Assembly: GCA_050633305.1 (NCBI GenBank)
Contig: JBOEGF010000001.1
Location: 64,001-128,000 of the forward strand
Direction: 5' to 3'
Source: Nannocystales bacterium
GTDB taxonomy: Bacteria; Myxococcota_A; Polyangia; Nannocystales; Nannocystaceae
Length of the DNA: 64,000 nt
Under the pieces are notes generated by a model. The model did no database searches and was not told the origin of the DNA. It saw nothing but the letters and a program-made list of their open reading frames with translations. The position numbers were made by a program, and so were the translations under genes. Shown here one piece after another: positions 50,630 to 60,886 of the stretch. Each line of letters starts with the position of its first letter. Position 1 is the first letter of the stretch.

Positions 50630-52248
50630 AGCGTCTCCTGCTGGGCGAGGTCCCGAAGCGCGCCGCGCTTGATCTTGCCGGTGTCCGTTCGAGGAAGCTC
50701 AGGAAGAAACCGCACCATCCGCGGGGCCTTGAACGGTGCGAGATGCTCCCGGCAGTACGTGATGATGGCGGCCTCGAGGTCCTTGGTCGGGCCGTGTCCT
50801 TCGGCAAGCTCGATGTACGCCATCGTCTTCTCGAGTCCTTCGGCGTTCCGAACACCGACGACGCCGGCCTCGAACACCGCGTCGTGTCCAAGCAGGGCGT
50901 TCTCGACCTCGACCGGCGATACGTAGACGCCCGAGCACTTGAGCATGTCGTCCCCGCGGCCGCAGTACCAAAAGTACCCGTCTTCATCGACGTAGAACTT
51001 GTCCCCGCCTTTGACCTCATCACCCCAAAACGTCTCGCGACTCTTGTCGCGCATTCGCCAGTAGCCCTGGCCTGCGGAGGGGCCCTTGATCACCAGCGTT
51101 CCAATCTCGCCCTTGGGAACCTCGTTCCCATCGTCGTCGATCAGCCGGTAGCTGTAGCCCTCGACCAGCTTGCCGAGACTGCCTTCCTTCACGTCGCCGG
51201 GGCGGTTCGTGATGTAGACGTGGAACATCTCGGCCGAGCCGATACCGTCGTAGATCTCGACGCCGAAGCGCTCTTTCCAGTCGCGGTAGACGCGGGGAGG
51301 CAACGCTTCGCCCGCGGAGACGAGCGAGCGCACCGAGCTGAGATCGAAGCGTTCTGGCTTGGGCACCGCCATGAGCTTGGCGATGTTGGTCGGAACCGTG
51401 ACGAACTGGGTGACCTCGTACTTCTGCGCCAGTTCGAAATAGCGCTGGGGCTCGACGCGATCAGGCGTGAGCACGATGCGGCCACCGACGGAAAAGGGGA
51501 ACAACATGTTGCTGGCCAGCGCATAGCCGAAGAAGAGCTTAGGCGCCGCCATCGTGATGTCTTCTCGGGTTAGACCGAGCGTGCGCTGGGCATAGGCGAT
51601 CGTGTTCCACACGAAGTCGTGGTGCATGTGCACGACACACTTCGGGTTGCCCGTGGAGCCCGAGGAACTCAGCCACGTGGAGAAGTCGTCTCGATAGGTC
51701 GGCTCGGTCGTGGCCTCGGGGCTCTGGCGCTCAAGTGCGTCTCGGTAGTCGATCGTATCTTCGGGCGCTTTCGAGCCACTTCGGTCGAGCACGATGAAGT
51801 GTTTGGTGTAGGGCGCCTTGGCGGCAGCGGGTGCGACCTCCGGCCAGATCTCCGCGTCGACGATGACCGCCTTGGGCCGGGCGTACTCAAAGTAGTACTC
51901 GAAGTCTTTAGTGCGCAGCCAGGTGTTGGTGGGAACCGCGACACACCCCGCACGAAGGATGCCGAAGTACGACTCGACGAACTCCGGGGTATCGAGCAGG
52001 AGCAGTTGCACCCGGTCCTCGATGGTCAGGCCCAGCTCGCGCAGAAGGTTGGCCACCCGGCAGCTGCCCTCATGCACCCCGGCGTAGGTCACCTCGCGGT
52101 CCGTCGAGGCGTCGATGATCGCCACGTCGTCCCCGCGTCCTTCTTCGAGTCGATCGTCGAGGAAGAACGTGACCATGTTGAGGCGATCGGGAATGTCGAT
52201 CGGCGCGTCCATGCGCGCAGGCTCCCACGCCGCATCGCGCGGGCTCAA
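50626..52248 (-). CDS. Benzoate-CoA ligase family (aryl-CoA ligase)
   Basis: WLSSSGSTGNPK, AAPKLFFGYAL, VSAGEALP, DGIGSAEM, GR.DDMLK, TGKI; start may be 52212. Confidence 0.9.
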   Translation of the reverse strand: MSPRDAAWEPARMDAPIDIPDRLNMVTFFLDDRLEEGRGDDVAIIDASTDREVTYAGVHEGSCRVANLLRELGLTIEDRVQLLLLDTPEFVESYFGILRAGCVAVPTNTWLRTKDFEYYFEYARPKAVIVDAEIWPEVAPAAAKAPYTKHFIVLDRSGSKAPEDTIDYRDALERQSPEATTEPTYRDDFSTWLSSSGSTGNPKCVVHMHHDFVWNTIAYAQRTLGLTREDITMAAPKLFFGYALASNMLFPFSVGGRIVLTPDRVEPQRYFELAQKYEVTQFVTVPTNIAKLMAVPKPERFDLSSVRSLVSAGEALPPRVYRDWKERFGVEIYDGIGSAEMFHVYITNRPGDVKEGSLGKLVEGYSYRLIDDDGNEVPKGEIGTLVIKGPSAGQGYWRMRDKSRETFWGDEVKGGDKFYVDEDGYFWYCGRGDDMLKCSGVYVSPVEVENALLGHDAVFEAGVVGVRNAEGLEKTMAYIELAEGHGPTKDLEAAIITYCREHLAPFKAPRMVRFLPELPRTDTGKIKRGALRDLAQQETL

Positions 52249-53219
52249 GGCGTCTGTGGACGCGCCGCCTCACGTTCCAACGAACGCAGCCGCGCCGCTG
52301 TCCACTGGGTTGGTCGCTCAAGGCCCAGGGCCGTGTACAGGGTATTCAAGGCCCGGTAGCGTTCGACTGGATCGATGGGGCGCAGATACAGCAGCTTGCG
52401 AAGGCACTGTGGGCACAGGTGTAGTGGCGTCGCGTCGAGTTCGGCGAGGTCCGCCATCCCGTTCATGACGCAGCGGTGCTCGGTGCAGTGCTCGAGGCCG
52501 AAGGTGTGCCCGACCTCGTGCACCAGCAGGGTGAACGCGCGTTGGGGGATCCGCTCCTGGATATCCTCCTCGCGCGCGAGGCCGGAGACGACGGGGTCGA
52601 TCCGCGCGAAGCTCACCACCGCCTGGCCGCCGCGATGTTGACCGAAACCGTAGCCCCAGCCCTGGGCGTCGTCGAAGAAAACGTCCTGCACCATCAGCGT
52701 CGTCATCGAATACGCGTCCTCGGGTACCAGCTGAGCCGTGGCTTCGAACAAATGCTGCGCCCGAAACTGCTCGTGGCCGCGCCGGATGCGGTCGGGCTCG
52801 AGGAGGGCTTCGATCTCGACTGCAGGCAAGACCTCTGCTGGCAGCCCAAAATAGGCGGTGAGCAGAGCCGCCATCTGCGACGTGGACGGTGTGCGAACGA
52901 TATATGTGACCTCGGCGTCGACCACGAACGCGGTCCCCATCTCGCCCAGCGGCAGCAGGTACAGGTGCTCCGTCTGCGGCGTTGGCCGCCGCGGCACGGT
53001 CCCGAGAAAATCGAGGTAGCTCTGGCCCGGCTCGTCGAATCGCGCTCTCCAACCGGTCGGCCCTGCAGCAGGCAGGGGCTCGAAAGCCCCCGGGTCGTCG
53101 AACAAGGGGTCTGAGATTCCGACCGGCGGTCGGGGAGGGTCTTGAGCGGGTCGTGCAGGCGCGGGGTCGGCGGCACAGCCCGACAGGCACACGGACCCCA
53201 CAACAAGAAAACGCCGCAT
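52245..53219 (-). CDS. Archaemetzincin (M54) zinc metalloprotease, lipoprotein
   Basis: HEVGHTFGLEHC...CVMNG...LCPQCLRKL; EPGQSY; lipobox LSGC. Confidence 0.9.
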   Translation of the reverse strand: MRRFLVVGSVCLSGCAADPAPARPAQDPPRPPVGISDPLFDDPGAFEPLPAAGPTGWRARFDEPGQSYLDFLGTVPRRPTPQTEHLYLLPLGEMGTAFVVDAEVTYIVRTPSTSQMAALLTAYFGLPAEVLPAVEIEALLEPDRIRRGHEQFRAQHLFEATAQLVPEDAYSMTTLMVQDVFFDDAQGWGYGFGQHRGGQAVVSFARIDPVVSGLAREEDIQERIPQRAFTLLVHEVGHTFGLEHCTEHRCVMNGMADLAELDATPLHLCPQCLRKLLYLRPIDPVERYRALNTLYTALGLERPTQWTAARLRSLEREAARPQTP

Positions 53220-53266
53220 GTCCGATCTGGACACGCGGCGGCGTGGAGTGTTCCGAGCGCGGCCGC

Positions 53267-54067
53267 TTAGCGAGCCTTGCTGCTCTTGAGCATTTGCTGC
53301 ATCCCGGGAATCTCCCCCAGGTTGGGCATCAAGATGATCTCGATGCGGCGGTTCTGCTCTTTGCCCTGGTCGGTTTCGTTGGAGGCGATGGGGTCAAACT
53401 CGCCAAAACCAGCGGCGCCGATGCGTGTGCCTGGGTAGCCGTCTTCGATCATCTCGGTCACCATCGAGACCGCGCGGGCCGTCGAGAGTTCCCAGTTGTT
53501 CTTGTAGCGAGCCGTTCGGATCGGAACGTTGTCGGTGTGGCCAGCCACGAGGAACTCGCGGTCGCCGACCTTGGCCAGCGCTGGGACGATCTGGGCGACT
53601 GCAGTCTTGCCTTCTTCGCGAAGACGCGCCTTGCCGCTGTCGAACAGGATCGCGTTCGAGAGCTTGACGGTCATCCGGCCCTTTCGGAACACGACCTCGA
53701 TCGTGCCTGCGTCGACCAGAGCCTTGAGCTCGGCGAACAGGTCCTTGTAGACCTGAAGCTCTTGCTCGCGCTTGGCCTTGTCGGCACGCAGATCAGCGAG
53801 CTCCTTGGCGGTCAGGCCCTGTTTCTTGGCCAGGTCTTCGATCTGCTCGTTGAGCGATGCGAGTTCGGACTCGAGTTCGGCGACCCGGGCTTCGAAGGCC
53901 TGGTTCTCCTCGGTGAGCTTTTGGTTCTTGTTCTGCTCGCCGGCGAGATCGGACTCGGTTTGAGCGAGGGTCGCGTTCGTCGCGTCGAGCTCCGCTTGGA
54001 GCTTCTTGGCCTTGCAGCCAGGGGCGGCGACGGCGAGTAGTGTGAGGGCGAACAGTGCGCGTCTCAT
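53267..54067 (-). CDS. OmpA/MotB-family coiled-coil lipoprotein
   Basis: Lipobox APGC; coiled coil; ILFDSG, AGHTDN, NWELSTARA, NRRIEI. Confidence 0.9.
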   Translation of the reverse strand: MRRALFALTLLAVAAPGCKAKKLQAELDATNATLAQTESDLAGEQNKNQKLTEENQAFEARVAELESELASLNEQIEDLAKKQGLTAKELADLRADKAKREQELQVYKDLFAELKALVDAGTIEVVFRKGRMTVKLSNAILFDSGKARLREEGKTAVAQIVPALAKVGDREFLVAGHTDNVPIRTARYKNNWELSTARAVSMVTEMIEDGYPGTRIGAAGFGEFDPIASNETDQGKEQNRRIEIILMPNLGEIPGMQQMLKSSKAR

Positions 54068-54386
54068 GGGGCCGGCGGAGCCTATCAAAGCCAAGGCTTG
54101 GTGAGGGCCCGAGGCTTGGCGAGGGCCTGTGTTCGCTTCGGATTCGGTGTCGGGCGTACGCCGCGGCAAATGCACGAGACCCGCGTCCTCTGCGTTGGCG
54201 ACCGCCAAGGGTCGCGCCGCCGAGCCTGACAGCCTTGCTCGACCGAGGTTCTGCGCGCTTTGCGCGGTCTGCTCGGAGCCCGAAACCCGCGAAAATGCAG
54301 GAAGTTTGACTCTTCTGGGCACGCCGGTAGGATGCCGTGCGACCGTAGGAGTAAAATCCTTCAAGTCGCCGGAATTGCGAAGGAAA

Positions 54387-57179
54387 ATGGCGGCTCGAAA
54401 GAAACCCTCCCGGACGAAGCGCGGATCCGAGCAGGCCTCCAAGGCGGCGAGTAGCGGGTTGCTCCCCAGACCCTGGGGGGAGTTCCTCGGAATTGCGCTT
54501 CTCGCGGGCGGGGTGCTCATGTTCGGCGGCCTGGTTTCCTACCAAACCGGGTCGGGCACGCTGATGGGGCCCGTCGGACACATCGTCGCCACCGGGGTCT
54601 ACGCCAGCTTTGGCATGGCGGCGTACCTGATCACGCTCGGCGTGTTCGGCATGGGGATCAAGGCTCTGCGCGGAGAGGGCATGGAGATCACGCTCGGGGA
54701 GGGCGTGGGGTTCTCGGTCGCGACGCTGGCGGGCTGCGTGCTGCTGCACGTGATGTTCCCGGCCTACCGCGTCCACGGCTACACCGCCGGCGGGTTGGCG
54801 GGCGAGCTGGCCGGAGAGGTCAGTCTCGGGATGCTGGCGCATGCGGGCACCTACCTGCTCGCGCTCACGCTGTTGTGCGTCGGCCTGATCGCGTCCACGC
54901 CGCTGTCGACCGCGCACCTGGTGACCGGGGGCCACGCGGTTGTGGGGGCGCTGCGTCGAGTTGGCAGTTACCTGCACGCAGGAATCACAGACCTGATCGA
55001 AACGCAGCGCGACCCGGGACCGGTCGAAGATGAACTCGACGAAGAACTCGCAGCCCTCGACGAGGAGCTGGGCGAAGACTGGGAGGACGAAGAGGACGAA
55101 GACGACGAGTTCGAAGACGAAGAACTCGAGGACGAAGAGCTCGAGGACGAAGAGCCCGTCGAGGTTCCCGCGCCCAAGTCCAAGAACCGGCGCCGCGGAG
55201 CTCGCAAGGCGAAGGCCAAATCGGAGGCCAAGCCCGAGCCGGAGGAGGAGACCGTCGCGGTCGGCGAAGAGATCGAGACCGACTTGAAGGTTCCCGGGTC
55301 GAAGCGTGGAGGCAACCGACGTCGGACCAAGGCGGCCCAACGTGCTGCGCCCGAGTCGGAGCCCGCACAGGAGGCGCTGCCGGAGGAAGAGCCGGAGATC
55401 GTGGTGCGCACGGAATCGTCGGATTCCGATGCGCCCGAGTCTGCTCCGAAGGCTGCGGCGAACGGAAAGAAGGCGCCTCCGCGTCCCGAGGAACTCGCCG
55501 AGCAGCAAGCATCCCAGCAGAAGCCGATCGACGCGTTCAAGTCGAAGCCGGCACCCGCTCCGAAGAAGGCCTCCAAGTCGCCTCCAGGTGCAGGGTCCAT
55601 CGTGCGGCTCACCTCCGGACCTTTCCTGTTGCCGCCCGCCGAGCTTTTCGCGGCCGCCGAGGAGACGGCCCACAGCGACTTCGACCGAAAGTTCGTGCTC
55701 CAGCAGGCGCAACGGCTGGTCAGCACGTTGGGCGAGTTCAAGATCCGAGGCAAAGTCACCAAGATCCACCCCGGACCGGTGATCACGCGCTACGAGTTCA
55801 AGCCCGAAGCCGGCGTGAAGCTCTCCAAGATCGAGAGCCTCGAGAACGATCTGGCGATGGCGCTGGAAGCGATTCGCATTCGCATCCTGGCGCCGATCCC
55901 CGGCAAGGCATCGGTTGGATTCGAGGTGCCGAACAAGACCCGCGAGACCGTCTACATCAAGGAAATGCTGGAGCCCGAGGACTTCGGCCACAAGATGAAG
56001 CTCCCGCTTGCGCTGGGCAAGGACATCACCGGTAACATCGAGGTCATCGACCTCGCCAAGGCCCCGCACTTGCTCGTTGCGGGAGCGACCGGCTCGGGCA
56101 AGTCGGTGGGGGTCAACTCCATGATCTGCTCGCTGCTGTACACGCAGACGCCCGAGGACGTCCGCATGCTGATGATCGACCCCAAGATGTTGGAGCTGTC
56201 GATCTACGAGGGCATCCCCCATCTGCTGCTGCCGGTGGTGACCGACCCCGAGAAGGCTTCGCTCGCCCTCCGCTGGGCCGTGCAGGAGATGGAACGCCGC
56301 TACACGTGCCTCTCGGAGGCGCAGGTGCGGGACATCTCCGGCTACAACAAGAAACTCCCGGAGCTCCAGGCGGCTTGGGAGAAAGAAATGCGGCTGGCGG
56401 AGGTTGCCGAGGAGGAGATGCGTCGCGTTGCGAAGGAGCAGGGCGAGGACATGGCCAACGGCACTGCGCTGTCCGGCATCAGCTTCGACCAGAATGGCCC
56501 GAAGGAAACTCGTGGTGGCGCCGAGGCGCCCGAGTACCCCGAGAAAATGCCGTTCATCGTCGTCATCATCGACGAGTTCGCCGATCTGATGATGGTCGCC
56601 AGCAAAGAGGTCGAGCAGAGTGTCGCTCGCATTGCTGCCAAGGCTCGCGCTGCAGGAATCCACTTGATCGTCGCTACCCAGCGACCTTCGGTCGACGTCA
56701 TCACCGGAACGATCAAGAACAACTTCCCCTCGAGGATCGCGTTCCAAGTGACCTCCGACATCGACTCGCGAACGATCATCGATGGCAAGGGCGCCAAGCA
56801 GCTGCTCGGCATGGGCGACATGCTGCACATGGACCGCGGCAAGCAGCCCAACCGTGTGCACGGGTGTTTCGTCAGCGAAGACGAGATTCTCAAGGTCGTC
56901 GACTTCGTCAAGAAGCAGGCCCGGCCCGTCTACAACATGGATGTGGTGCGCAAGCCCGACGAGGCTGAGGGCCCCGCGGATGAGAACCTCGATTCGCTCT
57001 ATGATCGCGCGGTCGAGGTCGTTGCCGAAGCGCAGAAGGTCAGCACCAGCATGGTGCAGCGCCGTCTGGGCGTCGGGTACAACCGGGCCGCGAAGATCGT
57101 CGATGCGATGGAGGAGCGGGGCGTGATCGGACCCAGCCGCGGCACTACGCCGCGGGAGGTCTTCGTGTCGCCGAGCTGA
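54387..57179 (+). CDS. ftsK: DNA translocase FtsK
   Basis: N-terminal TM region; PGPVITRYE, PHLLVAGATGSGKS, IDEFADLMM, ATQRPSVD; gamma domain GYNRAAKI. Confidence 0.97.
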   Translation: MAARKKPSRTKRGSEQASKAASSGLLPRPWGEFLGIALLAGGVLMFGGLVSYQTGSGTLMGPVGHIVATGVYASFGMAAYLITLGVFGMGIKALRGEGMEITLGEGVGFSVATLAGCVLLHVMFPAYRVHGYTAGGLAGELAGEVSLGMLAHAGTYLLALTLLCVGLIASTPLSTAHLVTGGHAVVGALRRVGSYLHAGITDLIETQRDPGPVEDELDEELAALDEELGEDWEDEEDEDDEFEDEELEDEELEDEEPVEVPAPKSKNRRRGARKAKAKSEAKPEPEEETVAVGEEIETDLKVPGSKRGGNRRRTKAAQRAAPESEPAQEALPEEEPEIVVRTESSDSDAPESAPKAAANGKKAPPRPEELAEQQASQQKPIDAFKSKPAPAPKKASKSPPGAGSIVRLTSGPFLLPPAELFAAAEETAHSDFDRKFVLQQAQRLVSTLGEFKIRGKVTKIHPGPVITRYEFKPEAGVKLSKIESLENDLAMALEAIRIRILAPIPGKASVGFEVPNKTRETVYIKEMLEPEDFGHKMKLPLALGKDITGNIEVIDLAKAPHLLVAGATGSGKSVGVNSMICSLLYTQTPEDVRMLMIDPKMLELSIYEGIPHLLLPVVTDPEKASLALRWAVQEMERRYTCLSEAQVRDISGYNKKLPELQAAWEKEMRLAEVAEEEMRRVAKEQGEDMANGTALSGISFDQNGPKETRGGAEAPEYPEKMPFIVVIIDEFADLMMVASKEVEQSVARIAAKARAAGIHLIVATQRPSVDVITGTIKNNFPSRIAFQVTSDIDSRTIIDGKGAKQLLGMGDMLHMDRGKQPNRVHGCFVSEDEILKVVDFVKKQARPVYNMDVVRKPDEAEGPADENLDSLYDRAVEVVAEAQKVSTSMVQRRLGVGYNRAAKIVDAMEERGVIGPSRGTTPREVFVSPS

Positions 57180-57201
57180 GCCGTTCGAAGTCCGCGTTTG
57201 T

Positions 57202-59124
57202 CTATTCGCGGGTGATCAGCACCCGACGGTCGATGCTCACCGGCGCGTGCCAAGTGGATGTTCCGTCTGGCCATTCCACGCTGACGCCGTCGACGCGCGT
57301 CTCCTCGCCGAGTCCGAAGTGACAGGCGTGATCGCTGCCCCCGCCCAGCGAGGGGCGGTTGCTGTGGAAGCAGGTCCGAGCACGGCCTCCCGCTTCCAGG
57401 GTGACGATCGCGCCGAGGGCATCGCGGTTGGCCCCCTGTTGCTCGAGTTCGACCTGAAGCCAGTGATGGCCTGAGGCCGGCGCGCGAGCGTTTCGGTAGA
57501 CACGAAGGGCCTCGCCCCATGCGGTCGTGACGATGTCGAGGCCGCCATCCCCATCGAAGTCCACCAGCGCCGAGGACTTGCCATGGCCCGGGTCGAGAAT
57601 GCCGGAACTCCATGTGCGCTCGGTGAACCGCTGCGTTCCGTCGTTCTCGAACACCGCGTCGACGATCGCCTGGGTGCCCTTGATTCGGCCGCCAGTGGCG
57701 TAGAAGTCGAGGTCGCCGTCGTTGTCGAGGTCGGGAAGGTGCACGGCCCACGTGGTCGAGCCATGCCCCCACGGCTGCTTGGCCCGCTCGACCGTGTCGA
57801 CCGCGTCGCTCCACGTTCCGTCGCCATCGCTGAGCAGCAGGTGGTTGGCGCCGATGTTGGAGAAGGCGAGGTCGACGAAGCCGTCGTCGTTGAGGTCACC
57901 GAACGCGAGCCCCATTCCGTTGACGCCGGACAGGGCCAAGCCTGTGGTCGCGCCCACCTCGGTGAACCGCCACCCGCCGCCCTCGCCAGGCCCATCGTTG
58001 CGCCAGTGGGCATTGGGCATGCCGATGTTGCCGCCGACGTCGTCGTTGATCACGATGAGATCGAGGTCACCGTCTCGGTCGGTGTCGATCCAGCTGGCGG
58101 AGAACCCAACCGAATCCAGCACCGGAGATGTCAGCCACTGGGTCCGTTCGACGAACACGCCTTCGACGTTTTCGAACAGGTGGTCCTGCGCTCGGACTTC
58201 GGAGTCGGACTGGGGAAAGCAGAATGCGTGGTTGACCTCATAGAGGTCGAGGTCGCCATCGCCATCGTAGTCGCCGAAGGCCACGCCCATGGTGCGTTGG
58301 CTGTCCACGACCAGGCCCAGGGGGGCGGCGACCTCTTCGAACCGCGCTTCGCCAGACTCGGAGAGTCGGTTGAGGAACAGACGGTTCTCACCACGCCGAC
58401 CGACGTACAGGTCCGCGTCTCCGTCGCCCTCGACGTCGACGAATGTGGCCATCGCAACCGAATCGACGCCGTCGAGGCCGACGAGGGGCGTCACGTCCTC
58501 GAACTGGAGTTCGTCGCCCGAGCCAGCGGCTCGGTACAGACGACCCTGCGCGCCCACGTTCCCCAGAAAGACGTCCATTGTGCCGTCGCTGTCGTAGTCC
58601 CCCCACGCCAACCCGGTGTGGCTCTCAGCGCACTCCGGCGGGCTCCCATCTGCGTTGTGGATCACGTCCAGGCCGACAGCCTCTGCGACGTCCTCCAACC
58701 ATGGGGCCCGAACTTCGACCTCCCAGGTGTCGGCGAACTCTGGCGCGTCATCGAACGCGGCGCGCAACGCTGTCGGTCCGAGCGGGGCATCGCCAGGGAC
58801 ATGGAAGAGCCCGGTGGGCAGGTCCGTCATCAGGAACCGCTCCGGCTCCAGCACGGCGTCCCCGAGGGAGATCGTCAGCCTGTTGAGCGGCTCGTTCGTC
58901 GTGACGTAGACGAGCGCGCCCGGGGTGACGGCCTCTGGAGCGTCGAGGATCCTGGGCGTTGTGCCATCGGTCGGGAAGCCAGACTCGTCGGTCCCATCCG
59001 TGGGGCCGCCGGTTCCCGTGGGGCCGTCGGTTCCCGTGGGACCGGATCCCGCCGGCGGATCGACACAGCCGCCGGGTCCCAGCACCAGCAGGGCCGACCA
59101 GCACCATGCTCGTGTGGACCTCAC
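57202..59124 (-). CDS. CRTAC1/ASPIC-UnbV family FG-GAP repeat lipoprotein
   Basis: Repeated DYDGDGDLDL motifs; NRDALGA, HFGLG, VEWPDG. Confidence 0.9.
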   Translation of the reverse strand: MRSTRAWCWSALLVLGPGGCVDPPAGSGPTGTDGPTGTGGPTDGTDESGFPTDGTTPRILDAPEAVTPGALVYVTTNEPLNRLTISLGDAVLEPERFLMTDLPTGLFHVPGDAPLGPTALRAAFDDAPEFADTWEVEVRAPWLEDVAEAVGLDVIHNADGSPPECAESHTGLAWGDYDSDGTMDVFLGNVGAQGRLYRAAGSGDELQFEDVTPLVGLDGVDSVAMATFVDVEGDGDADLYVGRRGENRLFLNRLSESGEARFEEVAAPLGLVVDSQRTMGVAFGDYDGDGDLDLYEVNHAFCFPQSDSEVRAQDHLFENVEGVFVERTQWLTSPVLDSVGFSASWIDTDRDGDLDLIVINDDVGGNIGMPNAHWRNDGPGEGGGWRFTEVGATTGLALSGVNGMGLAFGDLNDDGFVDLAFSNIGANHLLLSDGDGTWSDAVDTVERAKQPWGHGSTTWAVHLPDLDNDGDLDFYATGGRIKGTQAIVDAVFENDGTQRFTERTWSSGILDPGHGKSSALVDFDGDGGLDIVTTAWGEALRVYRNARAPASGHHWLQVELEQQGANRDALGAIVTLEAGGRARTCFHSNRPSLGGGSDHACHFGLGEETRVDGVSVEWPDGTSTWHAPVSIDRRVLITRE

Positions 59125-60524
59125 GGAGTCCAGGATACGTCGTATTGGACGGGAGGCCCGCCGGCGTCGGTGACGATGATCGCTTCGTCCGATCCGTCGC
59201 CGTCGAGGTCACCCATGGCCAGGAGCCGGGATGCGCCCCCCACGAACGGCGAGTGGGAGAAACAGGTCACACCCCATTCCACGTCGCCGGGCATGACCGC
59301 CAGCCCGCCTTCTCCGACGGCGAGGGCCTCGTCGAAGCCGTTGCCGTCGAGGTCGCCGATCCCGAGCGTGTTGTAGTCGAAGTAGATGGCCCGTAGCGCG
59401 GGCGTCTCGCCGCCGATGGAGACTTCGAGCAGTGTCCAATCGACGTAGTTGCTCGACCACAACACGTCGGATCGTTCCGAGTCGACGAGCGATCCGACAA
59501 CCATCGAGCGAGTGCCGGCGCGTGGGAGTTGCCCAATCGAGTCGAGAACCTGTGAGCTTGGGGTGTACAGAGCTGCGGAGACCCCAGACGAGCCCTCCCA
59601 TACAACTCCGTCGGCACCGTCGCCGAGGGCGAACGCTTCGATCGATGCGTTGGGGTCGGCAGGGATCCGCGTCGGTGTGAGCTCGAGCGTGCGATCCGAA
59701 GAGCCCGCAACGACCGACACCGCACCGGCGGCGTCGAGCAGGGCCAACGAGGGAAGTCCCTCGACGTTCTGGAGCGCATGCACGGCGGTGAATGGCTGCT
59801 GAGTCGGGAGGCTGACGGTCTGTGGGGTCTCGGTTCCAAAACCGTAGTGCACGCTCAGACCCGCGTCGTCGATCAGAATCAAGTCGGTTGATCCGTCAGC
59901 GTCGAGGTCGGCAGAAGCCGCGCCTCGGACCGCGCCTTCGCTGGGCAGCTCGACAGCTTCGCCACCGGAAGGGAGGAGCCAGCCCCCGGTGTCTGTTCCC
60001 GCGACGAGGTCTTCCCCTGGAGACTGAGGATCGACGTCGACGAAGGACAACGCTTCGATGGGGTTCCCGGTCGGGATCTGCAGAGGGGTTCCGACCAACG
60101 TCGCTGGGGTGCCGCAGTCCGAGAGGCTCTGCACGGGATCACAGCCGTCGTAGCCTTGGCACAGCTCACCGGAGCCGCAGTCCTCATCGTCGTAGCAGTC
60201 GTACCCCGGGGAACAGTGGCCGTAGACGCAGTAGCAGCCGTAGTCGTAGCAGTCGTACTCCTCGATGCACTGACCGTCTGGCCCGCAGTAGAAGCCGCTG
60301 GGACAATCGTCCGGTGAGTCGCAGCCGCCCTGTGTGGGGCCGGTGGGATCGGTGTCCGTGGGCGTGGACGGGTCGATGATGGTGTCGCTCGAGCCCTCGG
60401 TCTCAGCGCCGTCGGTGTCGCCCTCGAGTGCGACGGCTGGGCCGCATGCCGCAGCGCTTAGCCCGAGCGCTGCGACGAAAGAGGTCGTTCCCAGGTTCCA
60501 CAGTTGTGTATTGAGTTCTTGCAT
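59121..60524 (-). CDS. FG-GAP/VCBS repeat lipoprotein with Cys-rich N-terminal module
   Basis: Lipobox AAAC; DLDADGSTDL, GDLDGNGFDE, GDLDGDGSDE; GTGA overlap with the next gene. Confidence 0.8.
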   Translation of the reverse strand: MQELNTQLWNLGTTSFVAALGLSAAACGPAVALEGDTDGAETEGSSDTIIDPSTPTDTDPTGPTQGGCDSPDDCPSGFYCGPDGQCIEEYDCYDYGCYCVYGHCSPGYDCYDDEDCGSGELCQGYDGCDPVQSLSDCGTPATLVGTPLQIPTGNPIEALSFVDVDPQSPGEDLVAGTDTGGWLLPSGGEAVELPSEGAVRGAASADLDADGSTDLILIDDAGLSVHYGFGTETPQTVSLPTQQPFTAVHALQNVEGLPSLALLDAAGAVSVVAGSSDRTLELTPTRIPADPNASIEAFALGDGADGVVWEGSSGVSAALYTPSSQVLDSIGQLPRAGTRSMVVGSLVDSERSDVLWSSNYVDWTLLEVSIGGETPALRAIYFDYNTLGIGDLDGNGFDEALAVGEGGLAVMPGDVEWGVTCFSHSPFVGGASRLLAMGDLDGDGSDEAIIVTDAGGPPVQYDVSWTP

Positions 60525-60568
60525 CGCCAAGCCAATCGCCGGCCACCACGCCGACGGGGCTGGCGAAC

Positions 60569-60584
60569 TGCAAGGCGCGCGCCA
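60569..60584 (-). promoter_or_regulatory. sigma54 -24/-12 promoter of the FG-GAP gene pair
   Basis: TGGCGCG-CGCC-TTGCA about 45 bp upstream of the ATG at 60524. Confidence 0.75.
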
Positions 60585-60886
60585 CGAGCGAACCTGCGGG
60601 ATCATAGGGGGTGGGTTACCGGACACCGTGACAGCGGTGTCGGAGGCGGTGGCGCAAATGTCGGGGCGCGGAGTCTGCGCGGTGCCTAACTTAGCTCTCC
60701 GTCACGGTTTCCACGACGGAGACGAGGGAAGCAAAGACGACGACGATCATGGCGATGCTCATGGGGCGGGGGGCGGCTAGGGCAACTGCACGCACCGGGT
60801 CCTATTCCCCGGAGGGCACGATGGGTTGGCAAAGATCGAACGGGAACAATCCGCGTTGATCATCGGTACACTCCGGACGCTTCGCC

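Noticed and set aside
55020..55160. Highly acidic, repetitive GAR/GAC tract
   Set aside because: Low-complexity FtsK linker; such linkers are known to be variable.
53793..56861. 1022-aa minus-strand ORF and similar long antisense ORFs (e.g. 996-3218, 24639-26774, 57583-59376)
   Set aside because: Shadow ORFs opposite well-supported genes, expected in high-GC DNA; no recognisable motifs.
59000..59045. 18-bp tandem repeat
   Set aside because: Encodes the GPTGT(D/G) low-complexity linker of a lipoprotein.
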